NCBI GenBank assembly: GCA_963730935.1 | Contig: CAVSTP010000004.1 | Span: forward strand, 64,001 to 128,000 | DNA: 64,000 nucleotides | Origin: an uncultured Nitrospiraceae bacterium | GTDB taxonomy: Bacteria > Nitrospirota > Nitrospiria > Nitrospirales > Nitrospiraceae | Direction of reading: 5' to 3' | Part shown: piece after piece, positions 28,011 to 36,775 of the stretch | Layout of the letters: each line of letters begins with the position of its first letter | Position numbering within the stretch: the stretch's first letter is position 1 | Position numbers and translations under genes: made by a program | Notes under the pieces: model-generated | Databases searched by the model: none | What the model was told of the DNA's origin: nothing | Seen by the model: the letters and a program-made list of their open reading frames with translations, nothing else

Positions 28011-29531
28011 ATGACGACGTCGGATACCGAAGACCACTTGCGTCCGGTCATTCCTCGCTTGTCGAAGTCCAAGTTCCTTTCCGGATTGCAGTGCCACAAA
28101 CGCCTCTACCTCGAAATTAGGCAGCCTGAACTGGCTGAGCCTCCCGATCCTTCGACACAAGCCATGTTCGCGATGGGTACGGAAATCGGGATGCTGGCCC
28201 AGCGGCGGTTCCCAGGAGGTGTGCTGGTGGCACCCACCATGCGTCCGCGGGACGCGGCGGTGGCGCTTACCGCGAAGTTGCTTCAAGATCCTGACGTGCC
28301 CGCCATTTTCGAGGGCGCGTTTGAGTACGAGGGCGTGTTCGTTCGCGTCGATATTCTCGAGCGAGTTCGCGCTGCCGAGGAGAATCGTTCCGCCTGGCGC
28401 CTCATCGAGGTGAAATCGTCGGCAAGAGTCAAAGATGTCCATCTGCATGATCTCGCGATCCAGCGCCATGTGCTGATCGGCGCGGGGATTGACCTTGCGG
28501 GTACCTGCCTCATGCACATCGATACCGGCTATTTCTATGAGGGAGGTGAGGTTGATCTGGAGGCGCTTTTCGCGCTTGAGGACGTCTCCACCGTTGTTGC
28601 GGAACGTCAGGGTAAGGTGCCGGAGCAACTGGAGACGATGAAATCAATCTTGCTTGAGTCCAGACCCCCGGCGATCGAGCCGGATGCTCGCTGCCACAGC
28701 CCCTATGAGTGCCCCTTCTGGACCCACTGTACGAGGGAAAAACCCCTGCGCTGGATCTACTACCTACCCGGTCCGAAGAAAGTGGTGCAGCAACTGGCCC
28801 AGGAGGGCATTACGACCATCGATGACATTCCGGACGCCGCAACTTTGTCGATCACACAGCGGCGGGTGAAGGACAATGTCGAATGGGCATCGGCTGATCT
28901 CGCGAGCGTCCTGCAATCGGTCGAGTATCCGGTCCACCATCTGGATTTTGAAACGGTGATGCTGGCCGTCCCGAGGTTTCCGAGGATGACGCCCTATCAA
29001 TCGATACCGGTGCAGTGGTCCAACCACATTGAGCTTTCCTCAGGTGAGATCGTCCACCATGAGTTCCTTCACGGCGAAGCGACCGAGCCCCGCAGGCAGT
29101 GGGCCGAACGGTTGCTCGAATCGCTCGGAGAGCAGGGTACGATCGTCGTGTACTCGTCGTATGAAGAGGCGATGATGAGGCAAGTGGCCGAGGCGTTTCC
29201 GGAGCTGCGCACAGCGTTTTCGTCCGTCATCAAACGCCTCTGGGACCTCTATCCCGTCATCAAGGAGCATTACTATCATCCGGCCTTTCAAGGGTCCTAT
29301 TCGATCAAGTCGGTGTTGCCGGTCATGGTGCCGGAATTGAGCTACCGCGATCTGTTGATTCAGGAAGGCGCACAGGCGGCCAGCGAGTACTACCGCATGG
29401 TGTTCATTGAAGAGGACTGGATCGAGCAGGCCAGGATCAAGGATGCGCTTCTCCAATACTGTGCAAGGGATACGATGGCCATGGTGAGGTTACGCCGCGC
29501 GCTCAAGGAGAAGGCCGCCGCTTCTCTGTGA
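28011..29531 (+). CDS. DUF2779-type protein: Cas4-like PD-(D/E)xK nuclease + RNase H-like domain
   Basis: LSKSKFLSGLQCHKRLYL, RVDIL, IEVKSS, C..PYECPF...C, LDFET, GSYSIKSVLP, YC.RDT.AMV. Confidence 0.8.
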   Translation: MTTSDTEDHLRPVIPRLSKSKFLSGLQCHKRLYLEIRQPELAEPPDPSTQAMFAMGTEIGMLAQRRFPGGVLVAPTMRPRDAAVALTAKLLQDPDVPAIFEGAFEYEGVFVRVDILERVRAAEENRSAWRLIEVKSSARVKDVHLHDLAIQRHVLIGAGIDLAGTCLMHIDTGYFYEGGEVDLEALFALEDVSTVVAERQGKVPEQLETMKSILLESRPPAIEPDARCHSPYECPFWTHCTREKPLRWIYYLPGPKKVVQQLAQEGITTIDDIPDAATLSITQRRVKDNVEWASADLASVLQSVEYPVHHLDFETVMLAVPRFPRMTPYQSIPVQWSNHIELSSGEIVHHEFLHGEATEPRRQWAERLLESLGEQGTIVVYSSYEEAMMRQVAEAFPELRTAFSSVIKRLWDLYPVIKEHYYHPAFQGSYSIKSVLPVMVPELSYRDLLIQEGAQAASEYYRMVFIEEDWIEQARIKDALLQYCARDTMAMVRLRRALKEKAAASL

Positions 29532-29607
29532 TGACAAGCCTCTCCCGGATGGATTTATCCCGTCGCCAAGAGCCATAGTGAGGGCTCCGGGTCGAGCGAG
29601 CTCGGTT

Positions 29608-29697
<90 letters not shown>

Positions 29698-29720
29698 GAC
29701 CGCCGAAAGGTTTTGCATAA

Positions 29721-30824
29721 TCACATAGTTACCTGACGTTCCGCAAGTTGAACCACGTTGTCGGAAATGCTCGTGTTGTGAATAGCGTTGTGAAATGATT
29801 CGGCGATTTTCTCAATCGCCTTCGACTTGTGATGTGGACTGAGATGCGCATACCGCTGCACCAGGGACAAGTCTGACCAGCCTCCGTATTGCTGCACCGT
29901 CACCAGGTCCACTCCCGCCATCACCAAGTTGCTGGCGAAGGTGTGCCGCAACGTGTGCAGTGACACCCCCGTGCCTGAGAGTCCGGCAGCCTTCATGGCC
30001 GCTGCAAACGGCTTCTCCATGGATTTGTACGGCTCGCCGTTCGGCTTGCTGAACACATAGTCGCTTCGACTCTTCCCCTTCAGATACCTGAAAGCCTCTT
30101 TGGCTCGACTATTGAGCGGAATGTTTCTCGTCTGGCCATTCTTGCTGTAGGCGGCTTGCACGCTCAGAATGCCGTGCGAGAGATCCACATCCGACCATTT
30201 TAGTGTGAGCGCCTCCGCAGCGATCCGAATACCGGTATTGGTTCCAATGATAATGAGACTATGAAGCGGTTCAGCGGAGACTTCGATCAGTTTCGCCTCT
30301 TCACTGGCTTCGAGATAGCGAAGTCGCCGTTTGGGCTCTTCCATCATCTTCACCCCGAGAACAGGATTGTCCCCCTCGTAAAGGTGCCAGGCCTTCGCTT
30401 TGTTGAAGAGATTTTTTAAGACCGCGATTTCTCGATTAGCAACGACACGCGCACCTTCTTCGGCTCGGCCTCTCTTATGGCGTTCGATATCGAATGAGGA
30501 AATTTTGCCGAGCATTTTCCCGCTAAACGACTTTGCCAACTGGTCAAGCTGTTGCCGATAGACACGCACGGTTCGGGGTCTCTTGTTGGTGATCGCCCAA
30601 TCGAGGAAGTGCTGCTTGGCTTTCTCAAAGACAATGTCTTTGCGCTTCCTCCCAATTCCAGCTTCACCCTTGAGAATGGCAGCCCGTTTCACGCTCGCAA
30701 TCTCGGCAGCGGTCGAACGGTTGATTTTCTTGCCTAGCTTGACGACGTGTCGCGTTCCATCAATCCGGCAATCGAGATACCAAGTGTTTCCTCTCTGATA
30801 GAGCCCATCACCCCGTCGTGCCAT
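29721..30824 (-). CDS. Tyrosine recombinase/integrase
   Basis: TGIR (R), SKNG (K), HTLRH, GW, RY; N-terminal arm-binding-like GLYQRGNTWY; SD AAGGAGG. Confidence 0.96.
   Translation of the reverse strand: MARRGDGLYQRGNTWYLDCRIDGTRHVVKLGKKINRSTAAEIASVKRAAILKGEAGIGRKRKDIVFEKAKQHFLDWAITNKRPRTVRVYRQQLDQLAKSFSGKMLGKISSFDIERHKRGRAEEGARVVANREIAVLKNLFNKAKAWHLYEGDNPVLGVKMMEEPKRRLRYLEASEEAKLIEVSAEPLHSLIIIGTNTGIRIAAEALTLKWSDVDLSHGILSVQAAYSKNGQTRNIPLNSRAKEAFRYLKGKSRSDYVFSKPNGEPYKSMEKPFAAAMKAAGLSGTGVSLHTLRHTFASNLVMAGVDLVTVQQYGGWSDLSLVQRYAHLSPHHKSKAIEKIAESFHNAIHNTSISDNVVQLAERQVTM
29773..29796 (+). repeat. Putative integrase arm-type site, left
   Basis: GTGTTGTGAATAGCGTTGTGAAAT, 23/24 identical to 33346-33369. 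Confidence 0.75.
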
Positions 30825-30878
30825 GTTCAGCCCTCCTTTTTTGGTGCCTCCATCTCGCTTCAGCTTTATGAGGTTACT

Positions 30879-31082
30879 TCATCGTTCATAGCCCTGGAGT
30901 TGATAATGCTCAATGCAACGCTCACGTTCTCCTGCGGCAGTCTCTGGGGACATGCCGCGATTAGGGCCGCACTGCGCTGTCTTGCCTGTTTGAGGATGCC
31001 GAAGACGCACGGTATCGGACGTGCAACCCGTGATCAATGCCAATCCCAATGTCATAACCAAAAGAACGGTCATGGTGATCAT
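30879..31082 (-). CDS. Small lipoprotein, 67 aa
   Basis: SD AAGGAGG; hydrophobic leader with ITGC lipobox; two further Cys. Confidence 0.7.
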   Translation of the reverse strand: MITMTVLLVMTLGLALITGCTSDTVRLRHPQTGKTAQCGPNRGMSPETAAGERERCIEHYQLQGYER

Positions 31083-31302
31083 CAGTTATCCTCCTTCTTT
31101 CCTCTTCCTAGTTGACGGTAGATGGCGGCGATCATCGTTCACCCTCCTGTCAGAATCGTTCTCCGTTCCACGTTGCACACCTCAGCGTTCACTGATGTGC
31201 AAAAAGAGTTTGGCTTAACTCCTTTCCTCGACCGAACACTCCAAAATATTGGGGAAACCACGCTGCTCCTGGCGGCATTGCATCTGCATGTTCCCGAGAG
31301 TC

Positions 31303-31635
31303 ATGGTCGAGCGCAGCCATCAGCGATTTCCCGTCTCCCTGTCGGGAGCCTTCTTTCCCTATGATGACGAATGGGGGGCGGATGCCATCCGATCGGTGGA
31401 TCTTTCCCGAAATGGTTGTCGGATTGAAAACACGGTTCAGGTCGTTCCAGGCATGAATATCGCTCTCTTTCTGTTCCCTCCTGGAGAGGACCTTCCCATC
31501 GTCATTCATGACGCCAAGGTTCGGTGGTCTGGGGCTGAAGGCATCGGGATCGAATTTCACACTGTCGCCGACCACTATCGACACCGCCTAGATCTCCTGA
31601 TCAATCAACTGAAGAACCGCACTAGCAGTTGTTAG
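31303..31635 (+). CDS. PilZ domain protein (island cargo)
   Basis: RSHQR, DLSRNG, VRW....GIEF. Confidence 0.8.
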   Translation: MVERSHQRFPVSLSGAFFPYDDEWGADAIRSVDLSRNGCRIENTVQVVPGMNIALFLFPPGEDLPIVIHDAKVRWSGAEGIGIEFHTVADHYRHRLDLLINQLKNRTSSC

Positions 31636-31690
31636 CCGCTGCTCACCATCCGACCTTCGTGCTCTTGCGGGCATGTAGCGGCAATCATGA

Positions 31691-32002
31691 TTATTCTCCT
31701 ACCACTCGAACGCAGCGCGTACCAAATAACAAGAACACCTTTTCATTCAACTCAACGCGACGAATCTTGGTGATTTGCTGGTGGTTTTTAAAGTTGGCGA
31801 AGCCATTGTCTGGCCCTCCTTTTGCCATAGCTTGTTCTACGCTTGCAGTACCATATCCAAAGACAAAGATGATCACGGCGCAGTCTTCGCCATAGAGTAC
31901 TTCTTTCACCGAAGTATCTTCAGGCTGCTGGCGGGTCGTGATGTTTATGCACCCCGTCATGAGAGCCAGAGCGCACAACAGCATCATCGGCTTGGCATCC
32001 AT
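31691..32002 (-). CDS. TRL-like family lipoprotein
   Basis: Lipobox MTGC; GEDC..I..F.YG.AS...A, ITKI..V, C..V.GE terminus. Confidence 0.65.
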   Translation of the reverse strand: MDAKPMMLLCALALMTGCINITTRQQPEDTSVKEVLYGEDCAVIIFVFGYGTASVEQAMAKGGPDNGFANFKNHQQITKIRRVELNEKVFLLFGTRCVRVVGE

Positions 32003-32253
32003 ATCGTCTCCAGTCCCCAGGCTGGGGATCATCCTTCACGTGTGTGGACCGCAATCATGTTGGCGGCTCCATTGGCCCCGCAAATTCTCCTGAACAATCC
32101 GATAGCCGCACCGTCACATTTTCCTCTTTTGTTCCTCGGTCGTTTACCGGCCAGTGCTGCGGCGCAAATATGCGTGGAGCGTCATTTTAAATTCCTAGAA
32201 ATGTTCTCCAGAAGATCAATTCCACGGTCAATGCCGACACCTAGAAGGTCCTA

Positions 32254-33126
32254 CTACCTGCCTTCGCTTTCGACTTCAATGGCTACTTCCCAACGTCTTG
32301 ACTCGGCCTGACCCATATCAAACTCAATCCTTTCAACTAATTTCTTTAGTTCCTCATAGTATCCTTTGGCTTCTGGTCGAAGACTCAGCACTTGGTAGCC
32401 ATGACAGCTAATCTCAGCATCCCGCACGGCATCTGCCTTCTCTTGCCGATCACTGTGAGCTGCGTCCAATTGGATCGCATACCATTTGTACTTCCAATAA
32501 CTCAACGGCACGAACACCGCGAAATCCGGCCTACGACGCTCCGCGATTCCGAGGCGTGGCTGAGGTAATAACGCAGGAAAAGTCCTGTCCCGCACGAACC
32601 CGAAGTATGCGTGAAGAAACCGTTGTTCAGCGGGTGTTTGGCAAAGGGCAGCAAGCTTCTCCCACAGTGGACATGTTTTTTCACCGATTGTCCAACCAGC
32701 AAGCAAATGGCACCGTGGACGAGGAGTATCTGGGTAGTATGGAACATCGTTTTCAAGGCAGTTGTCTGAGAAAACACGCTCGCCCAATACCTCTCCTTGG
32801 CATTCTGGGGTGTACCACCCACAGTCACGTAGGGTTCGATTAGCCTGGAAAATGAACGATCTGGTTGAGTAGGGTAACGCCCAGTCATGGCCCGACGAAT
32901 AGCCAGGTGGAATTGGATAGACCTGAAGCAAGTTTTTATTATCAGCCCCCAAGTACAGCGTCCTGGGGACATTGGGCCAATCAGGTAGTGCATGGCAGAG
33001 ATTTCCTTTTTTGCAGCTTGCACAAGTCCAATGTCCGGAACTATTGGGGGGCGACTTTGCCAACCACGACCAAGTTTTCCCGCAGTGTGCACAAGTGGAT
33101 TTCCAAAGCCTGTCATTATACCCCAT
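32254..33126 (-). CDS. Zn-finger + Vsr/DUF559-like endonuclease domain protein
   Basis: CAHC...CASC; C-terminal TPAE..F, LPQ, RPDF, AIQLD..H, D..RD, GYQVL. Confidence 0.65.
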   Translation of the reverse strand: MGYNDRLWKSTCAHCGKTWSWLAKSPPNSSGHWTCASCKKGNLCHALPDWPNVPRTLYLGADNKNLLQVYPIPPGYSSGHDWALPYSTRSFIFQANRTLRDCGWYTPECQGEVLGERVFSDNCLENDVPYYPDTPRPRCHLLAGWTIGEKTCPLWEKLAALCQTPAEQRFLHAYFGFVRDRTFPALLPQPRLGIAERRRPDFAVFVPLSYWKYKWYAIQLDAAHSDRQEKADAVRDAEISCHGYQVLSLRPEAKGYYEELKKLVERIEFDMGQAESRRWEVAIEVESEGR

Positions 33127-33345
33127 GGTGAACTCCTTTAATATTTTGTGTCGCAGTGCAGTGCATTAAGGTCCGTCCTATATGGTTTTTGAAAAATGTC
33201 AAGCTGACGGGTTGGCCGTCTAACGCCTTTCTTCCTATTCCCCAGGTCCTCTTCCCAGGGAAGCAATCAGCACAAGCCAAATGCTTGCGATTTTGGCGAC
33301 GAACGCTTCGATTGGCCTCTATAAGACCAAAGCCAGGCCCAAAAA

Positions 33346-33369
33346 GTGTTGTGAAAAGCGTTGTGAAAT
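33346..33369 (+). repeat. Putative integrase arm-type site, right
   Basis: GTGTTGTGAAAAGCGTTGTGAAAT. Confidence 0.75.
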
Positions 33370-33373
33370 AAGT

Positions 33374-33411
33374 GGGGAAACGAGGGGAAACCTGGGGAAA
33401 GCGTGGGGAAA
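33374..33411 (+). repeat. Four helically phased GGGGAAA repeats
   Basis: At 33374, 33384, 33394 and 33405, between the arm site and the att core. Confidence 0.7.
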
Positions 33412-33492
33412 GGCTGAATCGCTCATTCCCCCAGTGTTCATGCGGTGATGCTTATCGCTTTTTCAAGACCGTTTCCGTGCTATGGTCGGAAA

Positions 33493-33535
33493 AGTTTTCG
33501 AGACTGCCCGATTCGGCCGCTCTCGCACCTCTCCG
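33493..33535 (-). repeat. att core: displaced 5' half of tRNA-Ser
   Basis: tRNA 5' end through the anticodon loop plus 3 nt, then diverges. Confidence 0.92.
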
Positions 33536-33599
33536 TTCGTAGGCTGTGCCGAAGCTCCGGCGGGATATGTGGGGATGGCTTCAGCGAATCGACTGGGCG

Positions 33600-33628
33600 A
33601 GCTTACCGTGGGGCAGACTAATTTTCAA
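33600..33628 (-). promoter_or_regulatory. Probable native tRNA-Ser promoter
   Basis: TTGAAA-N17-TAAGCT followed by GC-rich sequence, ~65 nt upstream of the tRNA 5' fragment. Confidence 0.65.
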
Positions 33629-33701
33629 TTGGTTTTCTTTCCACGCCTCGTATCGCTACCATAGCGTCTGGTGACCAGCTCATCCATTCGGAGCCTCGGA
33701 A

Positions 33702-34484
33702 GTGACCTCGTCGCTTGAACCAATCCTGGCCTTTCCGCCCGTGAACGAACTCGCGAGCCGACGCACGGATCAAGTTGCGCTGAAGCACGGTACTGTGGAT
33801 CTTTGGAGCTCCTCACTTGAAGTCGAGGAGTCGGTACTCGAATACTGTCATGCCTGTCTCAGCGAAGAGGAGCGTGCTCGCGCCGCCCGATTCGTTCGTC
33901 TTCAAGATCAGATTCGGTTTACCTTGGCGCACGGCGCCCTTCGCGTTGTGCTTGCTCGGTATCTGGGTGTCGAGCCGGCAGTGCTCCGGTTCCAGCCAGG
34001 GCCGACGGGCAAACCGGCCTTGCTGGACCAGCAGGGCGGTCCTCATGTCCTGCGCTTCAACTTGTCGCATTCTCACGGCCGAATGCTTGTAGCAATTGCG
34101 AACGGACAGGAGGTCGGAATCGATCTGGAGCAGGTCCGCGGCAATCTCGAGCCGCTTAAGCTTGCCGAACGGTTTTACACTCAGACGGAATACGAAACGA
34201 TCAAGACTCGGCCCGCCGCCGATCAGGCCTTTCAATTTTACCGTCTCTGGGTGGCTAAAGAAGCCTTGCTCAAGGCGCAAGGAGCCGGACTCGCATCGCT
34301 TCAGCGATGCGAGATTCTTGTGCTCGACTCGTTGTCACGGGGGAGCGTCCGCTTGTCAAGCGATTCGGCGATGCAACCGGGCTGGACGGTTCAGTGGTTG
34401 AGCTGCGGGCAAGGTTGGCAAGGAGCGGTGTCAGCGTTCGGCAATGACTGGTCCGTACGGGTGCTCGATGCCATGAGTCTCTGA
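33702..34484 (+). CDS. Sfp-type 4'-phosphopantetheinyl transferase
   Basis: GKP, FNLSHS, VGIDLE, FYRLWVAKEALLKA.G.G. Confidence 0.93.
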   Translation: MTSSLEPILAFPPVNELASRRTDQVALKHGTVDLWSSSLEVEESVLEYCHACLSEEERARAARFVRLQDQIRFTLAHGALRVVLARYLGVEPAVLRFQPGPTGKPALLDQQGGPHVLRFNLSHSHGRMLVAIANGQEVGIDLEQVRGNLEPLKLAERFYTQTEYETIKTRPAADQAFQFYRLWVAKEALLKAQGAGLASLQRCEILVLDSLSRGSVRLSSDSAMQPGWTVQWLSCGQGWQGAVSAFGNDWSVRVLDAMSL

Positions 34485-34490
34485 GGTACT

Positions 34491-34976
34491 TCACCCGGTT
34501 CTGCCATCTTGTGTTCTGAGCTCCTTAAAGAATTGCGACAGCATCTGCTGGCTCTCTTCCTCGAGAATCCCTCCCACCACTTCGACCCGATGGTTCAAGC
34601 GGGGATCGCTCGCGAAGTCGAGCACCGATCCACAGGCGCCGGCCTTGGGATCTCTGGCGCCGAACACGAGTGTGGGAATCCGCGCCAGCAGGATGGCGCC
34701 AAGACACATCGCGCAGGGCTCAAGGGTGACGAACAGCGTCGTATCGATCAATCTCCATCGACCAAGCGCCCTGGCAGCCTCGCGAATCACGATCATTTCA
34801 GCATGGGCCGTAGGGTCCTGCCAGGTCTCGCGATGGTTGTGGGATTGGGCGAGGACGGTTCCCTGCTGCACGAGCACCGCGCCGATGGGCACCTCCTCCG
34901 CAGCGGCGCTTTGCATCGCCTGATCGAGGGCCAGGCGCATGAACACGCGGTGATCTTCACTAAAATTGCCGTCCAT
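34491..34976 (-). CDS. tadA: tRNA adenosine(34) deaminase
   Basis: EVPIGAV, DPTAHAE, TLEPCAMC, DPKAGA. Confidence 0.95.
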   Translation of the reverse strand: MDGNFSEDHRVFMRLALDQAMQSAAAEEVPIGAVLVQQGTVLAQSHNHRETWQDPTAHAEMIVIREAARALGRWRLIDTTLFVTLEPCAMCLGAILLARIPTLVFGARDPKAGACGSVLDFASDPRLNHRVEVVGGILEEESQQMLSQFFKELRTQDGRTG

Positions 34977-35026
34977 CGGCGCCGGTTGTAACGGGGTTTT
35001 GAGGGTGAGGTCAAGCCGCAGTGGAC

Positions 35027-36040
35027 TCAGGAGGACCGCTGACCGGCCAGATAGATGGGTCCCGTCGGTTGCGGACGGCCGCCGGCTGGCTCGAGGCTCA
35101 CGGCGAACTTGCGGGCCTTCTCGAACTCCGGTAGTCGTTTGACCAACAGATGGGCCATCTCCCCGGCGTCAATGTGGAACGTTCCCACACTGACCGGTCT
35201 CTGGTCGATCGCCCACAGCTGATAGGCAGTGCCGGTCGGACATTCCGGCAGATTAGCGGAATAGAGCCAGACTTTCTGTGTGACAGGGTTATAGAGCAAG
35301 ACCCCACTGGCTCCCTTTGCGACGTCCGAGGCAGCGAGGCTCACGACTTTGGCGTCGGGTCGACGCAGCAATGCGGCAAATTCGTCCTGAGGAACCTTGC
35401 CGCGCATCGTCGCGTTGAGCTGCTCACGAGCGGTTTCGAGTTCCACTTCGCGATCTAACAGCTGGTTTTTGATCTCGACTGCGTCGTTCGCTTTGCGCTG
35501 CATATCGACCTGTAAGTCGGCCAGCGAACGATCTCTGAAGCTCAAGTCGCGCTTAAGCATTGCGATCTTAGTCGACTGTTCGGCGAGAGTGGCCTCCAAT
35601 TGCTGAATCTTCATGGCATCCTCCGACAGGCGCGTCGAATAGGACCAGAGGAAATAGCCGGCCAGCGAAATGAGGAGCACGCTTGCCGATCCGACCGCCC
35701 ACGGCAGCGAGAGCGACCGGGCGGGGGCAATGGGCGGAAACAAGTGATTCATCCATTCACCGGGCTCCAGACTTGGCCGGCCGCCCTCCTTCAGGAGGTT
35801 TTCGACCGCGATGGGAGCAGGGTTTCGAGCCGCCATGACCTTCGATTTCAATGCGCGTGGTGCTTGCGTGGGCGACAGACCGAAGGGCAGGAGCGAGGCA
35901 ACCGATTGGTAGTCTTTCAGCGCAGTCCGACAGGACTGGCACCCGGACAAGAGATGCGCTTCCAATGCCTGGCGCTCCGCTCGGTCGAGGGCGCCGGCGG
36001 CATATAAAGGAACGGCTTCTTCCAGCTCGTCGTGCGTCAT
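35027..36040 (-). CDS. RskA-type anti-sigma factor with zinc finger and coiled coil
   Basis: HLLSGCQSC, TM helix, YQLW, FAVSLEP.GG..QPTG. Confidence 0.85.
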   Translation of the reverse strand: MTHDELEEAVPLYAAGALDRAERQALEAHLLSGCQSCRTALKDYQSVASLLPFGLSPTQAPRALKSKVMAARNPAPIAVENLLKEGGRPSLEPGEWMNHLFPPIAPARSLSLPWAVGSASVLLISLAGYFLWSYSTRLSEDAMKIQQLEATLAEQSTKIAMLKRDLSFRDRSLADLQVDMQRKANDAVEIKNQLLDREVELETAREQLNATMRGKVPQDEFAALLRRPDAKVVSLAASDVAKGASGVLLYNPVTQKVWLYSANLPECPTGTAYQLWAIDQRPVSVGTFHIDAGEMAHLLVKRLPEFEKARKFAVSLEPAGGRPQPTGPIYLAGQRSS

Positions 36041-36639
36041 CCGATGTCACCCTGTTCCCACGAGCGTCGAAGGCTTTCCCGGAGCTTCGACATCCCCAGC
36101 TTGATTCTGGTCTTCACGGTGCCGAGGGGTTGATTCAGCCGTGCGGCAATTTCCACGTGCGAGAGCCCTTCATAATACGCCAATTCGATCGCTTGCTGTT
36201 GCGCCGGCGGAAGACTGGTGATGGCATTACCCACCGCGATTCGGAGCTCCTGATCGGCCTGTGTCTCGTAGGGGCTTGGTCCCAAATCTGCCACGCCGGA
36301 AGAGACCGCTTCATCCAATCGCAATGTGGCATTCTGGCCGCGCACGGCGCGTGCGCGTAACCGGTCGATCGCACGGCTCCGAGTCAACGTAATCAGCCAG
36401 GCGATCGGCGTCCCGCGCCCGATGTCGTATCGGGCAACTTTGCGCCACACCTCGAGATACACATCTTGGAGCAGTTCTGCCGCTTCATCTCGATTGCCCA
36501 AGATGCGAAAGGCCAATGTGTACAACAATGCGCTGGAGTGGTCATAGAGCTGGCTAAACGCCTGTTGGTCGCCCTTGACAATGCTTGCGAGCAGAGTCGG
36601 GTCGATCGCAGACGTGGCGCGTCGTGTGGGTGTGTCCAT
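36037..36639 (-). CDS. ECF sigma factor (SigK-like)
   Basis: GDQQAF..LYD, AWL....RSRAIDRLR, LAYYEGLSH.EIA, GTVKTRI. Confidence 0.93.
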   Translation of the reverse strand: MDTPTRRATSAIDPTLLASIVKGDQQAFSQLYDHSSALLYTLAFRILGNRDEAAELLQDVYLEVWRKVARYDIGRGTPIAWLITLTRSRAIDRLRARAVRGQNATLRLDEAVSSGVADLGPSPYETQADQELRIAVGNAITSLPPAQQQAIELAYYEGLSHVEIAARLNQPLGTVKTRIKLGMSKLRESLRRSWEQGDIG

Positions 36640-36775
36640 AAGAAGCGATGGGCAAATGGGCCGGAAGGAATCACCTCACGTCCGCCACAACTATAGCATC
36701 TACGGCTAAAAGCGCCAAAAGGATCTGTATAACAGTTTTCGATTTTGGCTCAGTTTGTCACATAGTTGTATAGGG

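Noticed and set aside
28011..29531. CRISPR-Cas locus suggested by the Cas4-like domain
   Set aside because: No repeat-spacer array or other cas genes in the window.
29532..29607. SRP RNA downstream of tRNA-Ser
   Set aside because: The conserved SRP domain IV motif is not present.
29721..33535. Prophage
   Set aside because: No capsid, terminase, tail, repressor or replication genes; only ~3.8 kb.
33493..33535. Second tRNA-Ser gene
   Set aside because: Stops just after the anticodon loop; no T arm or 3' acceptor strand.
33702..34484. NRPS/PKS cluster implied by the Sfp-type PPTase
   Set aside because: No carrier-protein or synthase genes in the window.
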